From Bacillus subtilis subsp. subtilis str. 168 (lineage in GTDB: Bacteria > Bacillota > Bacilli > Bacillales > Bacillaceae): DNA of 32,000 bases. A program made the translations under genes and the position numbers. Position 1 is the stretch's first letter. Each line of letters opens with the position of its first letter. Positions 16,272-25,455 of the stretch are shown piece by piece. The notes beneath the pieces are model-generated. The model ran no database searches, was not told the origin of the DNA, and worked only from the letters and a program-made list of their open reading frames with translations. The stretch spans positions 780,001 through 812,000 of the forward strand of contig NC_000964.3 in NCBI RefSeq assembly GCF_000009045.1. Reading direction: 5' to 3'.

Positions 16272-18233
16272 ATGAATGAAGAACTTAAAGTGTTTAAGAA
16301 AGTAGAGGTTGCCATGAAGAAACTTTTTTCTTACAAACTTAGCTTTTTTGTGCTGGCTGTTATACTGTTTTGGGCAAAAACGTATTTATCCTACAAGACT
16401 GAGTTTAATCTTGGGGTAAAAGGCACAACTCAGGAGATCCTCCTGATATTTAACCCATTCTCAAGCGCCGTCTTCTTTTTAGGACTGGCTTTGCTGGCGA
16501 AAGGGCGTAAATCAGCCATTATTATGCTGATTATCGATTTCTTGATGACATTTGTGTTATATGCAAATATTTTATTCTATCGTTTCTTTGACGATTTCTT
16601 GACGTTCCCGAACATTAAACAGTCCGGAAACGTTGGAAACATGGGAGACGGGATTTTCAGTATCATGGCCGGTCATGATATTTTCTATTTCTTAGATATT
16701 ATCATTTTGATTGCGGTATTGATCTGGAGACCTGAATTAAAAGAATACAAAATGAAAAAACGCTTTGCATCTTTAGTGATCCTTTCTGGGATCGCACTGT
16801 TTTTCATCAACCTGCACTATGCGGAAAAAGACCGTCCGCAACTGCTGACAAGAACGTTTGACCGCAATTATATTGTGAAATATTTAGGTTTATACAACTA
16901 CACCATTTATGACGGTGTACAGACGGCTCAAACAGAGACGCAAAGAGCCTATGCAAGCAGCGATGATTTAACAAGTGTCGAGAATTACACGACGTCTCAT
17001 TATGCGAAACCAAACGCCGAGTACTTCGGCTCTGCCAAAGGCAAAAATATCATTAAAATTCACCTCGAAAGCTTCCAGTCATTCCTGATTGACTACAAGC
17101 TAAACGGTGAAGAGGTGACGCCTTTCTTAAATAAACTTGCGCACGGCGGGGAAGATGTGACGTATTTTGATAACTTCTTCCATCAGACAGGCCAGGGAAA
17201 AACATCTGATGCCGAGCTGACAATGGATAACTCGATCTTCGGTCTTCCTGAAGGCTCCGCGTTTGTGACGAAAGGCGAAAACACCTACCAGTCGCTTCCT
17301 GCGATTTTAGACCAGAAGGAAGGCTATACAAGCGCCGTCCTGCATGGTGATTACAAATCGTTCTGGAACCGTGACCAGATTTACAAACATATCGGATATG
17401 ACAAGTTCTTCGACGCAAGCACGTATGATATGTCAGATGAAAATGTGATTAATATGGGGCTTAAGGATAAGCCGTTCTTTACAGAATCGATTCCAAAGCT
17501 TGAATCTCTTAAACAGCCATTTTATGCGCATTTGATTACATTGACAAACCATTATCCGTTTAACCTTGATGAAAAAGACGCGTCTCTTAAAAAAGCGACA
17601 ACAGGCGATAACACAGTTGACAGCTACTTCCAGACAGCGCGTTACCTTGACGAAGCGCTTGAGCAATTCTTCAAGGAGCTGAAGGAAGCCGGCCTGTATG
17701 ACAACTCAGTCATCATGATTTACGGTGACCATAACGGTATTTCTGAAAACCATAACCGAGCGATGAAAGAGATTCTTGGAAAAGAGATCACAGATTATCA
17801 AAACGCACAGAACCAGCGTGTGCCGCTGATGATCCGCGTTCCTGGCAAAAAAGGCGGAGTGAACCATACGTATGGCGGCGAAATTGACGTCATGCCGACA
17901 CTTCTGCACTTAGAAGGAATTGATTCTCAGAAATATATCAACTTTGGTACTGATTTATTCTCTAAAGACCACGACGATACGGTGGCATTCAGAAACGGAG
18001 ACTTCGTAACGCCGAAGTACACATCAGTCGACAATATCATTTACGATACGAAGACAGGTGAAAAACTGAAAGCGAATGAAGAAACGAAGAATCTGAAAAC
18101 AAGAGTGAACCAGCAGCTGAGCCTTTCAGACAGTGTCCTGTACAAAGACTTGCTGAGGTTCCATAAACTAAATGATTTCAAAGCCGTTGATCCGTCAGAC
18201 TATCATTACGGCAAGGAGAAAGAAATCAAATAA
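16272..18233 (+). CDS. ltaSA: LtaSA (YfnI), lipoteichoic acid synthase paralog
   Basis: 653 aa: five N-terminal TM segments and a secreted sulfatase-like domain (HLESFQSFLIDYKLNGEEVTPFLNKL; FHQTGQGKTSDAE; IYGDHNGISENHNRAM). Start trimmed from 16227. Confidence 0.95.
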   Translation: MNEELKVFKKVEVAMKKLFSYKLSFFVLAVILFWAKTYLSYKTEFNLGVKGTTQEILLIFNPFSSAVFFLGLALLAKGRKSAIIMLIIDFLMTFVLYANILFYRFFDDFLTFPNIKQSGNVGNMGDGIFSIMAGHDIFYFLDIIILIAVLIWRPELKEYKMKKRFASLVILSGIALFFINLHYAEKDRPQLLTRTFDRNYIVKYLGLYNYTIYDGVQTAQTETQRAYASSDDLTSVENYTTSHYAKPNAEYFGSAKGKNIIKIHLESFQSFLIDYKLNGEEVTPFLNKLAHGGEDVTYFDNFFHQTGQGKTSDAELTMDNSIFGLPEGSAFVTKGENTYQSLPAILDQKEGYTSAVLHGDYKSFWNRDQIYKHIGYDKFFDASTYDMSDENVINMGLKDKPFFTESIPKLESLKQPFYAHLITLTNHYPFNLDEKDASLKKATTGDNTVDSYFQTARYLDEALEQFFKELKEAGLYDNSVIMIYGDHNGISENHNRAMKEILGKEITDYQNAQNQRVPLMIRVPGKKGGVNHTYGGEIDVMPTLLHLEGIDSQKYINFGTDLFSKDHDDTVAFRNGDFVTPKYTSVDNIIYDTKTGEKLKANEETKNLKTRVNQQLSLSDSVLYKDLLRFHKLNDFKAVDPSDYHYGKEKEIK

Positions 18234-18237
18234 GATG

Positions 18238-18286
18238 AAAAAGAGCCTTGAGCGGGCGCATTGCCTTCGCTCAAGGCTCTTTTTTT
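18238..18286 (+). terminator. Rho-independent terminator after ltaSA
   Basis: AAAAAGAGCCTTGAGCG ... CGCTCAAGGCTCTTTTTTT, 17-bp stem. Confidence 0.92.
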
Positions 18287-18325
18287 GGTTATACAACCAA
18301 CTTGAAAAAATAGATTCCATTTGGT

Positions 18326-18353
18326 CACCAAGGCTGGCTTTCTCTCATATCAT
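18326..18353 (+). promoter_or_regulatory. Possible SigK-type promoter of yfnH
   Basis: CACC-N16-CATATCAT fits mACm-N16-CATAnnnT. Late mother-cell expression of this operon is described in the literature, but the site assignment here is mine. Confidence 0.35.
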
Positions 18354-18468
18354 TACAGTAGATTTTGAAACCGGATTGAAATCGGACAAATTATCGGGGA
18401 AATGCCTTGATAGATTGTGAAGATGTACCAGGTTTCGAACTCAATATTCATAGAGATGAGGGGTAGAG

Positions 18469-19233
18469 ATGAAAGCGGTCATTCTCTGCGGCGGAAAAGG
18501 AACGAGAATGAGTGAAGTCACGAATGACATTCCTAAACCGCTCGCCATGATAGGCGGCAAACCGATTCTATGGCATATTATGAAAATTTATCAGTACTAC
18601 GGAGTAAACGAGTTTATTCTGCTTTTGGGCTATAAAGGAGAAAAAATCAAGGAATACTTTCTCGACTATGAATGGAAGCACAACAGCCTGACACTCGACA
18701 GCTCTACGGGAGAGGTACAGATGCTGGGGCAGCCTGAAACGTGGAAAATTACGTTTTTGGAGACTGGGGTAGATACGCTGACAGCCGGAAGAATCTTGCA
18801 GGCGAAAGACTATATCGGTGATGAAACATTTCTGCTCACCTATGGAGACGGGCTGGCCAATATCAATCTTTTCCATCTCATCAGCTATCATCAGACAAAA
18901 GGTGCTGCCGCGACTGTCACCGGCATTGACAAAGTCTCGCAGTTTGGCACCTTGACAGTTGAGGATGGCATGGCGAAAACATTTTCTGAGAAGACATCAA
19001 GTGATGGAATCATCAACGGCGGATTCTTCGTTCTTAGTCCAAAGGTTTTCGATTATTTGCCGAAGGACGGGAACACGATGTTCGAAGATGAACCGCTGAA
19101 GAACCTTGCCAAAGATGGGGAGCTTGCTGTGTACCGCCATTACGGATTTTGGACGGCCATCGATACGTATAAAAATCTCTTAGAAGTCAACAAAATGTGG
19201 AATCAAGGACAACAAGTATGGAAGGTATGGTGA
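18469..19233 (+). CDS. yfnH: YfnH, glucose-1-phosphate cytidylyltransferase-like
   Basis: 254 aa nucleotidyltransferase (MKAVILCGGKGTRMSEVTNDIPKPLAMIGGKPILWHIMKIY...LLTYGDGLANI...GGFFVLSPKVFDYL), RfbF-like. Confidence 0.92.
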   Translation: MKAVILCGGKGTRMSEVTNDIPKPLAMIGGKPILWHIMKIYQYYGVNEFILLLGYKGEKIKEYFLDYEWKHNSLTLDSSTGEVQMLGQPETWKITFLETGVDTLTAGRILQAKDYIGDETFLLTYGDGLANINLFHLISYHQTKGAAATVTGIDKVSQFGTLTVEDGMAKTFSEKTSSDGIINGGFFVLSPKVFDYLPKDGNTMFEDEPLKNLAKDGELAVYRHYGFWTAIDTYKNLLEVNKMWNQGQQVWKVW

Positions 19234-19239
19234 ATTGAT

Positions 19240-20208
19240 TTGAGTTTCTGGAAAAATAAAAACGTATTTGTCACGGGATGCACAGGTCTTTTAGGAAGCT
19301 ATTTGGTGAAAGAGCTGATCGAACAGGGCGCAAACGTTACGGGGCTAGTCAGGGATCATGTGCCTCAATCCAATCTTTATCAGGGAGAACATATCAAGAA
19401 AATGAACATCGTGCGGGGCTCTCTTGAGGACTTGGCTGTGATTGAACGCGCGCTTGGCGAGTATGAGATCGACACAGTCTTTCATCTTGCTGCACAAGCG
19501 ATTGTCGGCGTGGCAAACCGCAACCCGATTTCTACCTTTGAAGCGAATATCCTCGGCACCTGGAATATTCTCGAAGCCTGCCGCAAGCATCCGTTAATTA
19601 AGCGGGTCATTGTCGCTTCAAGTGATAAAGCTTACGGCGATCAAGAAAACCTTCCATACGATGAAAACATGCCGCTGCAAGGCAAGCACCCGTACGACGT
19701 CTCAAAAAGCTGCGCAGATCTGATCAGCCACACCTATTTTCACACGTACGGGCTTCCGGTCTGCATTACGCGCTGCGGAAACTTATACGGCGGCGGAGAT
19801 TTGAACTTCAACCGCATCATTCCTCAGACGATTCAGCTTGTGCTGAACGGGGAAGCGCCGGAAATCCGAAGCGACGGCACATTTGTACGGGACTACTTCT
19901 ATATTGAAGACGCCGTTCAGGCTTATCTGCTTCTTGCAGAAAAAATGGAAGAAAACAATCTTGCCGGAGAGGCCTTTAACTTCAGCAATGAGATCCAGCT
20001 GACCGTACTTGAACTGGTAGAGAAAATATTAAAGAAAATGAACAGTAATCTGAAACCTAAGGTGCTGAATCAGGGAAGCAATGAAATCAAACATCAATAT
20101 TTATCCGCGGAAAAAGCAAGAAAGCTGCTGAATTGGACACCGGCCTACACTATTGATGAGGGACTTGAAAAAACGATTGAGTGGTATACGGAATTCTTCA
20201 AAAAGTAA
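19240..20208 (+). CDS. yfnG: YfnG, CDP-glucose 4,6-dehydratase-like SDR
   Basis: 322 aa extended SDR ([31 protein letters not shown]), YPYDVSKS-like catalytic motif ([17 protein letters not shown]). TTG start. Confidence 0.9.
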
Positions 20209-20231
20209 TGTGAAACGAGGTGAACAAGACT

Positions 20232-21143
20232 GTGACCAGCGCGTATTGCACCGTTTTATCAAAAGGAAGATTATATCAGGCAGTCGCTTTGTTTAAGTCG
20301 TTAGAGCAAGTTGATCAAGACAGTCCCATTTTTATACTTTGCATGGATGAAGATACGCACCGCGTGTTACAGAAGCTGAAGATGAAGCAGCTGAACCTTG
20401 TGCCGGTGGCCGCTCTTGAAAATGAATTGCTGCTGAAGCTGAAGGAAACTAGAGATCAAAGTGAGTATTGCTGGACGATGAAGCCGATCTTTCTGCAAGC
20501 TGTGCTGAACAGCAATCCTGAGCTGGAGCGTGTGACGTATATTGACGGGGATCTCTTTTTCTATGCAGATCCATCGCCGATTTTTGAAAACCAGCCGGAC
20601 TGCTCGGTGTTGCTTTCACGAGGGGATATTGTAATCCCTTCTTTTGAGAAAGAGCAGATTGACATGCTGCAGCGTCTTTTAGGCAGATATAATTCCGGGT
20701 TTATCAGCTTCAAGCATGATGATGCAGGCACGGATTGCTTGGAGTGGTGGAAGGAACGCTGTCTTGAGGAATGCAAAAATGCACCGGGTGAAGGGAAATT
20801 CGGTGATCAGGGCTATTTGGATTATATGTCTGAGCTGTTTCCGAATGTGTGTGACATTACAACACCCGGCGTGAACATCGGCCATTGGAATTATGGACAG
20901 CATACGTTTTCCTGGAAAGATGGCCGGATCGTGCTGGAGGATGGCAGTCCGCTGATCTTTTATCATTTCAGCGGATACCGAATCGTCAGCATCAATGAAA
21001 TCAAACAGATTCATGAAACAACCCGCACAGATCTGCCGTTTGTGCATGAACTGTATCAAGAGACACTGCCGCATATCATTCAGCACATGCAAACGTTAGA
21101 CCCTGAATTTAACGGTTTTGCTTCAAAAGATGACAACAAATAA
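20232..21143 (+). CDS. yfnF: YfnF, nucleotide-diphospho-sugar glycosyltransferase-like
   Basis: ORF from GTG 20220 or 20232; 20232 has the better-spaced GAGGTG RBS. DxD-type motif (YIDGDLFFYADP) and FYHFSGY. Confidence 0.85.
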   Translation: MTSAYCTVLSKGRLYQAVALFKSLEQVDQDSPIFILCMDEDTHRVLQKLKMKQLNLVPVAALENELLLKLKETRDQSEYCWTMKPIFLQAVLNSNPELERVTYIDGDLFFYADPSPIFENQPDCSVLLSRGDIVIPSFEKEQIDMLQRLLGRYNSGFISFKHDDAGTDCLEWWKERCLEECKNAPGEGKFGDQGYLDYMSELFPNVCDITTPGVNIGHWNYGQHTFSWKDGRIVLEDGSPLIFYHFSGYRIVSINEIKQIHETTRTDLPFVHELYQETLPHIIQHMQTLDPEFNGFASKDDNK

Positions 21144-21171
21144 ATGAGTAAATACAGGAAGTGAAAATGAA

Positions 21172-22350
21172 GTGAAAGCAAGCGTTATTATTCCTGCATA
21201 TAATTCGAAGGAGCGTCTTTACAACAGCCTTCTGTCATTAAACCAGCAGGAGTGCGATGAAGAATTTGAAGTCATTGTAGCGGACAATGGCTCTGAGGAC
21301 GGGACGCTCTCGATGCTTGAGTCATTTCAAGCTGATTTTCCGCTGATCTTTACACGGATTAAAGAAAACAGGGGCATTGCGTACGGACGAAATCAGGCGC
21401 TTCGCAATGCCAGAGGAGACATCCTGATTTTCCATGACAGCGATATGCTTGCGGCAAAGGACCTTGTGGCAAAACATATTAAAGCCCATGAGAACGAAGA
21501 GAATCTCGTCGTGTGCGGGTTGTTTTGGAAACGGATCTACAGTTTTTACTATGAACGATTTGAAGAAGAACATAAGGAACAGCTCGCAAAGCTCACAGGT
21601 GAAATGCCGAAGAAAGACAAACAAAAGCTGCTGGAGGAAGCGGACATCAAAAACGGAAGCTTTCTTGATAAAAGCTTTGACCTCGATACCGACTTTATAG
21701 ACGTGCTCAAGAAGATTTTAGATGAGTACGGCGATGACTTGAAAGGCTATCATATGCCATGGCGCTTTTTTATCACGAATAATTCCTCTGTGAAACGCAA
21801 GCATGTGGTTGACCTCGGTTTATTTGACGAAGGCATTGTGCGGTACGGGTTTGAGGATTATGACCTCGGGATCAGGCTTCATCAGGCCGGATTGACCTTC
21901 AGGCTTCGCCGTGATATTGTCAGTGTTCATCAGGAACATCCAAGCAATTGTAAGTCTGTAGACGATATTCGGGCAAACATTGCCTATATGTGCGATAAAT
22001 ACAATAACATCCGCTCCTTAGACGTTCATCTCGCTTTTAATGGGCCGTTCCCGCCTGACATGACGAACAGAATCATGGCTGATATTCAAAAGCTGCTGGA
22101 ATCACAGAAATATGATATGCTGCTGAATCTGTTTCTTGAGCTTCTGCATGTTGTTAAAGAGCGCAACATTGATCCGGATTGGCGAAAGAAATCCCCAAGG
22201 GTGACGGCGAAAAGCTTTGATTTGCAAACTGTCCGCAAGCTTCTGCCTAAGGCGAAGAAAAAGCTAGGCGTGAACGATTTTGCCAACGCACTGTATGCGC
22301 TTGTCAACGATTTGCTGCACGTGGATCTTAGATCATTGGATGTGGTATAA
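21172..22350 (+). CDS. yfnE: YfnE, GT2-family glycosyltransferase
   Basis: 392 aa: GT-A motifs (SVIIPAYNSKERLYNSLLSLNQQECDEEFEVIVADNGSEDGT...ILIFHDSDM...GFEDYDLGIRL). Confidence 0.92.
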   Translation: MKASVIIPAYNSKERLYNSLLSLNQQECDEEFEVIVADNGSEDGTLSMLESFQADFPLIFTRIKENRGIAYGRNQALRNARGDILIFHDSDMLAAKDLVAKHIKAHENEENLVVCGLFWKRIYSFYYERFEEEHKEQLAKLTGEMPKKDKQKLLEEADIKNGSFLDKSFDLDTDFIDVLKKILDEYGDDLKGYHMPWRFFITNNSSVKRKHVVDLGLFDEGIVRYGFEDYDLGIRLHQAGLTFRLRRDIVSVHQEHPSNCKSVDDIRANIAYMCDKYNNIRSLDVHLAFNGPFPPDMTNRIMADIQKLLESQKYDMLLNLFLELLHVVKERNIDPDWRKKSPRVTAKSFDLQTVRKLLPKAKKKLGVNDFANALYALVNDLLHVDLRSLDVV

Positions 22351-23286
22351 GTGAGTACATTTCATTTTTCAACGATAGTGTCAAGGACACATATCTTTAA
22401 GCTCATGCCTATGATTCATTCTCTCCATGAGCATTGCGATGATTTTCATTTATATGTGCTGTGTGTCGACCAGAAAGCGTATGAATTGCTTCAGCACGTT
22501 CCATGGGAGCATGTAACCTTTGTGCAGCTGCATGAAATGGAAGACCCGGAGCTGTTGAAAGCGAAAAGCAACAGAACGTTTCATGAATATTGCTGGACGT
22601 TAAAGCCCGCCTTTTTGTTTCATGTGATGAGCAAGTGGGATGACGCTGAATACTTTGCCCATATGGATACGGATCTATTTTTCTTTTCTGATCCGGCACG
22701 TATTTTTGCAGAAAACCCAACGGCGTCTCTGTATTTGACTGATCATCGTAATTCGCCGCGCTTCATGTCCTACTACGACCGAACCGGACGCTTTAATACA
22801 GGCTTTGTCGGCGCCGGTAATACAAAGGAAGCATATGAAGCGGTGTGGCAGTGGAGACAGGACTGTATTGAATTTTGCACGGTCGAAATGGATACGGAAC
22901 GAAAGACATATGGTGATCAAAGATATGTGGAGAAATGGCCGGAGCAGTTTAAAGGTGTTCATGTTGTCAAATCCATAGGAGCCAATACAGCGCTTTGGAA
23001 TATCGAAAACTATAAGGTCGGGCAAAAGGACGGCCGCGTGTATATAGATGAAACGCCGCTGATTTTCTATCATTTCTCTGGGTTTACGCTGGTGACAGAA
23101 AAAGAGTTTAATCTTTGCTGGTACTACCGGATTGAAGACGAAGCGACAATTAAGATGATTTATATGCCCTATATATTAAATCTGAAAAGATGGATTGATG
23201 AAATACAGTCGGCGTTTCCGGACTTTGCGGATGGCTTTATCCCGAAGCACGCAGTGCCTGACACTCATTTTATCCAGCTGGATTAA
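22351..23286 (+). CDS. yfnD: YfnD, glycosyltransferase-like, paralog of YfnF
   Basis: 311 aa: EYCWTLKPAFLFHV, HMDTDLFFFSDPARIFAE and FYHFSGF motifs shared with YfnF. Confidence 0.87.
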   Translation: MSTFHFSTIVSRTHIFKLMPMIHSLHEHCDDFHLYVLCVDQKAYELLQHVPWEHVTFVQLHEMEDPELLKAKSNRTFHEYCWTLKPAFLFHVMSKWDDAEYFAHMDTDLFFFSDPARIFAENPTASLYLTDHRNSPRFMSYYDRTGRFNTGFVGAGNTKEAYEAVWQWRQDCIEFCTVEMDTERKTYGDQRYVEKWPEQFKGVHVVKSIGANTALWNIENYKVGQKDGRVYIDETPLIFYHFSGFTLVTEKEFNLCWYYRIEDEATIKMIYMPYILNLKRWIDEIQSAFPDFADGFIPKHAVPDTHFIQLD

Positions 23287-23317
23287 AAAACCCCCTGCCG
23301 CCTGGCAGGGGTTTTTT
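23285..23317. terminator. Bidirectional terminator between yfnD and yfnC
   Basis: AAAAAA-C-CCCCTGCC GCCT GGCAGGGG-TTTTTT. Confidence 0.9.
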
Positions 23318-24546
23318 CAGCTATGCCATTCTCTCAGCTTCTGGTCACTTGGCAATAGGAAGGCAAGGATGCCGAGGACAGGGAGAAAGGCAATGGCGAT
23401 CATCGTCGGGGTCAGTCCCGCGGCATCAATCAGAGCGCCCAGCGCCACAGCGCCGATTGCGCCCATCCCGAAGGCAAGCCCGACGGTTAAACCGGACATT
23501 GTGCCGATTTTTCCAGGAACTAGCTCCTGTGCGTAGACGACCGTTACAGAAAAGCTCGACATCAGAACCAAGCCAATCAATGCGAGCACGCCGTAGGCGA
23601 GAACCGGGCCGGCAAATGGCAGCACAATCGCCAGCGGCGCCGAGCATAACAGCGAACCGAGGATAACGAAGCGTTTTCCAAAACGGTCTGCAAGCGGGCC
23701 GCCGAGAAACGTGCCGATCGCGCCGAACAGCAAGAAGACAAAAATATAGCTTTGTGCCTGCTGAATGCTTACGTGATAGGTATCCATCGCGTAAAACGTG
23801 TAAAAGTTACCGATCGCACTCGTATACCAAGAACGAGCAAAAATGAGAAATATAATAATAATAAGAGCAGATACAACAGATTTGGTGATGGCCGTGTTTT
23901 CAGCCGTTTTCTTTTGCTTGCCTGATTTCTGGGCAAGGCTGCCGAGACGTGAGGCGTACCATTTCGCAATATACATGAGAAACATAACAGCAAGCGCGGC
24001 GACAAGCGTGAACCAAACAGCGCCGAATTGCCCGAGCGGCACAAGGATCAGCGCGGTGATCAGCGGTGCCATCGCCTGGCCTGAGTTTCCGCCCACCTGA
24101 TAAATCGATTGGGCGAGCCCGCGTTTTGTGCCGGCGGCCATATACGCCACACGGGAGCCCTCCGGATGGAAAATGGCCGAGCCTAATCCAATGAAAAACA
24201 CACAGCATAAGATCGTTATGAATGACGGGGCAAATGCAAGGCCCAAAATGCCAAGCATGCTGGCGGTCAAACCGACTGGCAGCGCATACGGCCGCGGCCG
24301 TTTATCGGTATACCAGCCGACAACAGGCTGCATGACGGATGACACCATGTTTAATGTGAAAGCAATGATGCCGAGCTGTGTAAACGTCAGGCTCATGGAG
24401 CGTTCCAAAATAGGGAACATGGCCGGAATCACAGCCTGAAGCGAATCGTTGAGCATATGGCAAATTCCGATAATAATCAAAATCGGATACACCGTGGTGC
24501 CTGGTTTTTGAACTGTTTTTTCTTTTAACGGGGCGGCGATAGCCAT
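23317..24546 (-). CDS. yfnC: YfnC, MFS transporter of the fosmidomycin-resistance type
   Basis: 409 aa 12-TM MFS protein (ICHMLNDSLQAVIPAMFPILERSMSLTFTQLGIIAFTLNM...GWYTDKRPRPYALP...GSAIFHPEGSRVAYMAAG). Confidence 0.9.
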   Translation of the reverse strand: MAIAAPLKEKTVQKPGTTVYPILIIIGICHMLNDSLQAVIPAMFPILERSMSLTFTQLGIIAFTLNMVSSVMQPVVGWYTDKRPRPYALPVGLTASMLGILGLAFAPSFITILCCVFFIGLGSAIFHPEGSRVAYMAAGTKRGLAQSIYQVGGNSGQAMAPLITALILVPLGQFGAVWFTLVAALAVMFLMYIAKWYASRLGSLAQKSGKQKKTAENTAITKSVVSALIIIIFLIFARSWYTSAIGNFYTFYAMDTYHVSIQQAQSYIFVFLLFGAIGTFLGGPLADRFGKRFVILGSLLCSAPLAIVLPFAGPVLAYGVLALIGLVLMSSFSVTVVYAQELVPGKIGTMSGLTVGLAFGMGAIGAVALGALIDAAGLTPTMIAIAFLPVLGILAFLLPSDQKLREWHS

Positions 24547-24642
24547 TGAGTCTCCTCCTTACATATATAACCAAAGCATACCACCATATTATTCATAAGG
24601 TGAAGAATTTATCAAGAGGAAAAAAGATTCTTATGAAAGAAA

Positions 24643-24672
24643 TACCGTCAGCCTGATTAGCAGCTGACGGTA
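24643..24672 (-). terminator. Hairpin terminator at the yfnB 3' end
   Basis: TACCGTCAGC ... GCTGACGGTA perfect 10-bp stem overlapping the yfnB stop; moderately T-rich on the minus strand downstream. Confidence 0.6.
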
Positions 24673-25364
24673 TTTTCGATATTCAAAATGTGATATAGCT
24701 CTTCAAGCTTACGAATCTCATAGGTTGGTATGATCTCTGGCACATTCGGCTTCATGTCAGGGTTCATCCAGCAAGTATCAAGCCCGGCGAGCTGTCCGCC
24801 TTTGATATCAGCAGTTAGTGAATCCCCGATGATTAATGTGTGCTCTGCTGAAAATTGAGGAATCCGTTCAAACACGTAATTGAAATATTCCTTCATCGGC
24901 TTTTGGAAGCCGGTGTCTTCAGAAACGAAAATGTCCTTGAAGAATGGAAATAATCCTGAATCACGGAGACGCTTATATTGTGTGTGAGACACGCCGTTTG
25001 TCACGATGTACAAATCAAACTGTTGCTGCAGATTTGAGATGAGATCAAATGCACCGTCAATAAGCTGATGTCCTTCTTCAAGAAAGCGGCGGTATTTTTG
25101 CTCAAGCAAAGCGCCGTCCGCTTCGTAACCGTACTCCTTGAGCAAAGCGGAAAAACGTGTGTTTACGACTTCATCCCGTGTCATCTTACCTTCTTCAAAG
25201 GCTCTCCAGAGACCTTGATTGATGGTTTTATACTGCGCCTTCATGTCATTTGTTAAAGGAATGTTCTGATCTTCAAACAGCAAACGCAGGGCTAAAGCTT
25301 CTGCCGCTTGAAAATCAAGGATGGTATCATCTACATCAAATAATAAAGTGCGGTATCGCTTCAT
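24657..25364 (-). CDS. yfnB: YfnB, HAD-superfamily hydrolase (YjjG-like)
   Basis: 235 aa from ATG 25364: MKRYRTLLFDVDDTILDF, YIVTNGVSHTQ, GFQKPMKEYF, IIGDSLTADIKGG. Confidence 0.9.
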   Translation of the reverse strand: MKRYRTLLFDVDDTILDFQAAEALALRLLFEDQNIPLTNDMKAQYKTINQGLWRAFEEGKMTRDEVVNTRFSALLKEYGYEADGALLEQKYRRFLEEGHQLIDGAFDLISNLQQQFDLYIVTNGVSHTQYKRLRDSGLFPFFKDIFVSEDTGFQKPMKEYFNYVFERIPQFSAEHTLIIGDSLTADIKGGQLAGLDTCWMNPDMKPNVPEIIPTYEIRKLEELYHILNIENTVSC

Positions 25365-25408
25365 CTGTGTGTCTCCCTTTCTCATATGTATTCAAAGTAT
25401 AGCACATA

Positions 25409-25446
25409 AAAAAAGGAAAAAGCCGGCGGGTGAGGCACCGCCGGCT
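25409..25446 (-). terminator. Rho-independent terminator after yfnA
   Basis: AGCCGGCGG ... CCGCCGGCT stem with a T-rich tail on the minus strand. Confidence 0.82.
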
Positions 25447-25455
25447 GAAAAGAGA

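Noticed and set aside
18287-18468. Short ORF 18172..18420 and the gap before yfnH as a possible small gene
   Set aside because: The ORF overlaps the ltaSA 3' end and reads straight through the terminator hairpin. The gap is better explained as promoter and 5' UTR of yfnH.
23349-24574. Several plus- and minus-strand ORFs overlapping yfnC
   Set aside because: Compositional shadow ORFs over a clear MFS transporter. The sequences are Arg/Ser/Pro-rich antisense artefacts.
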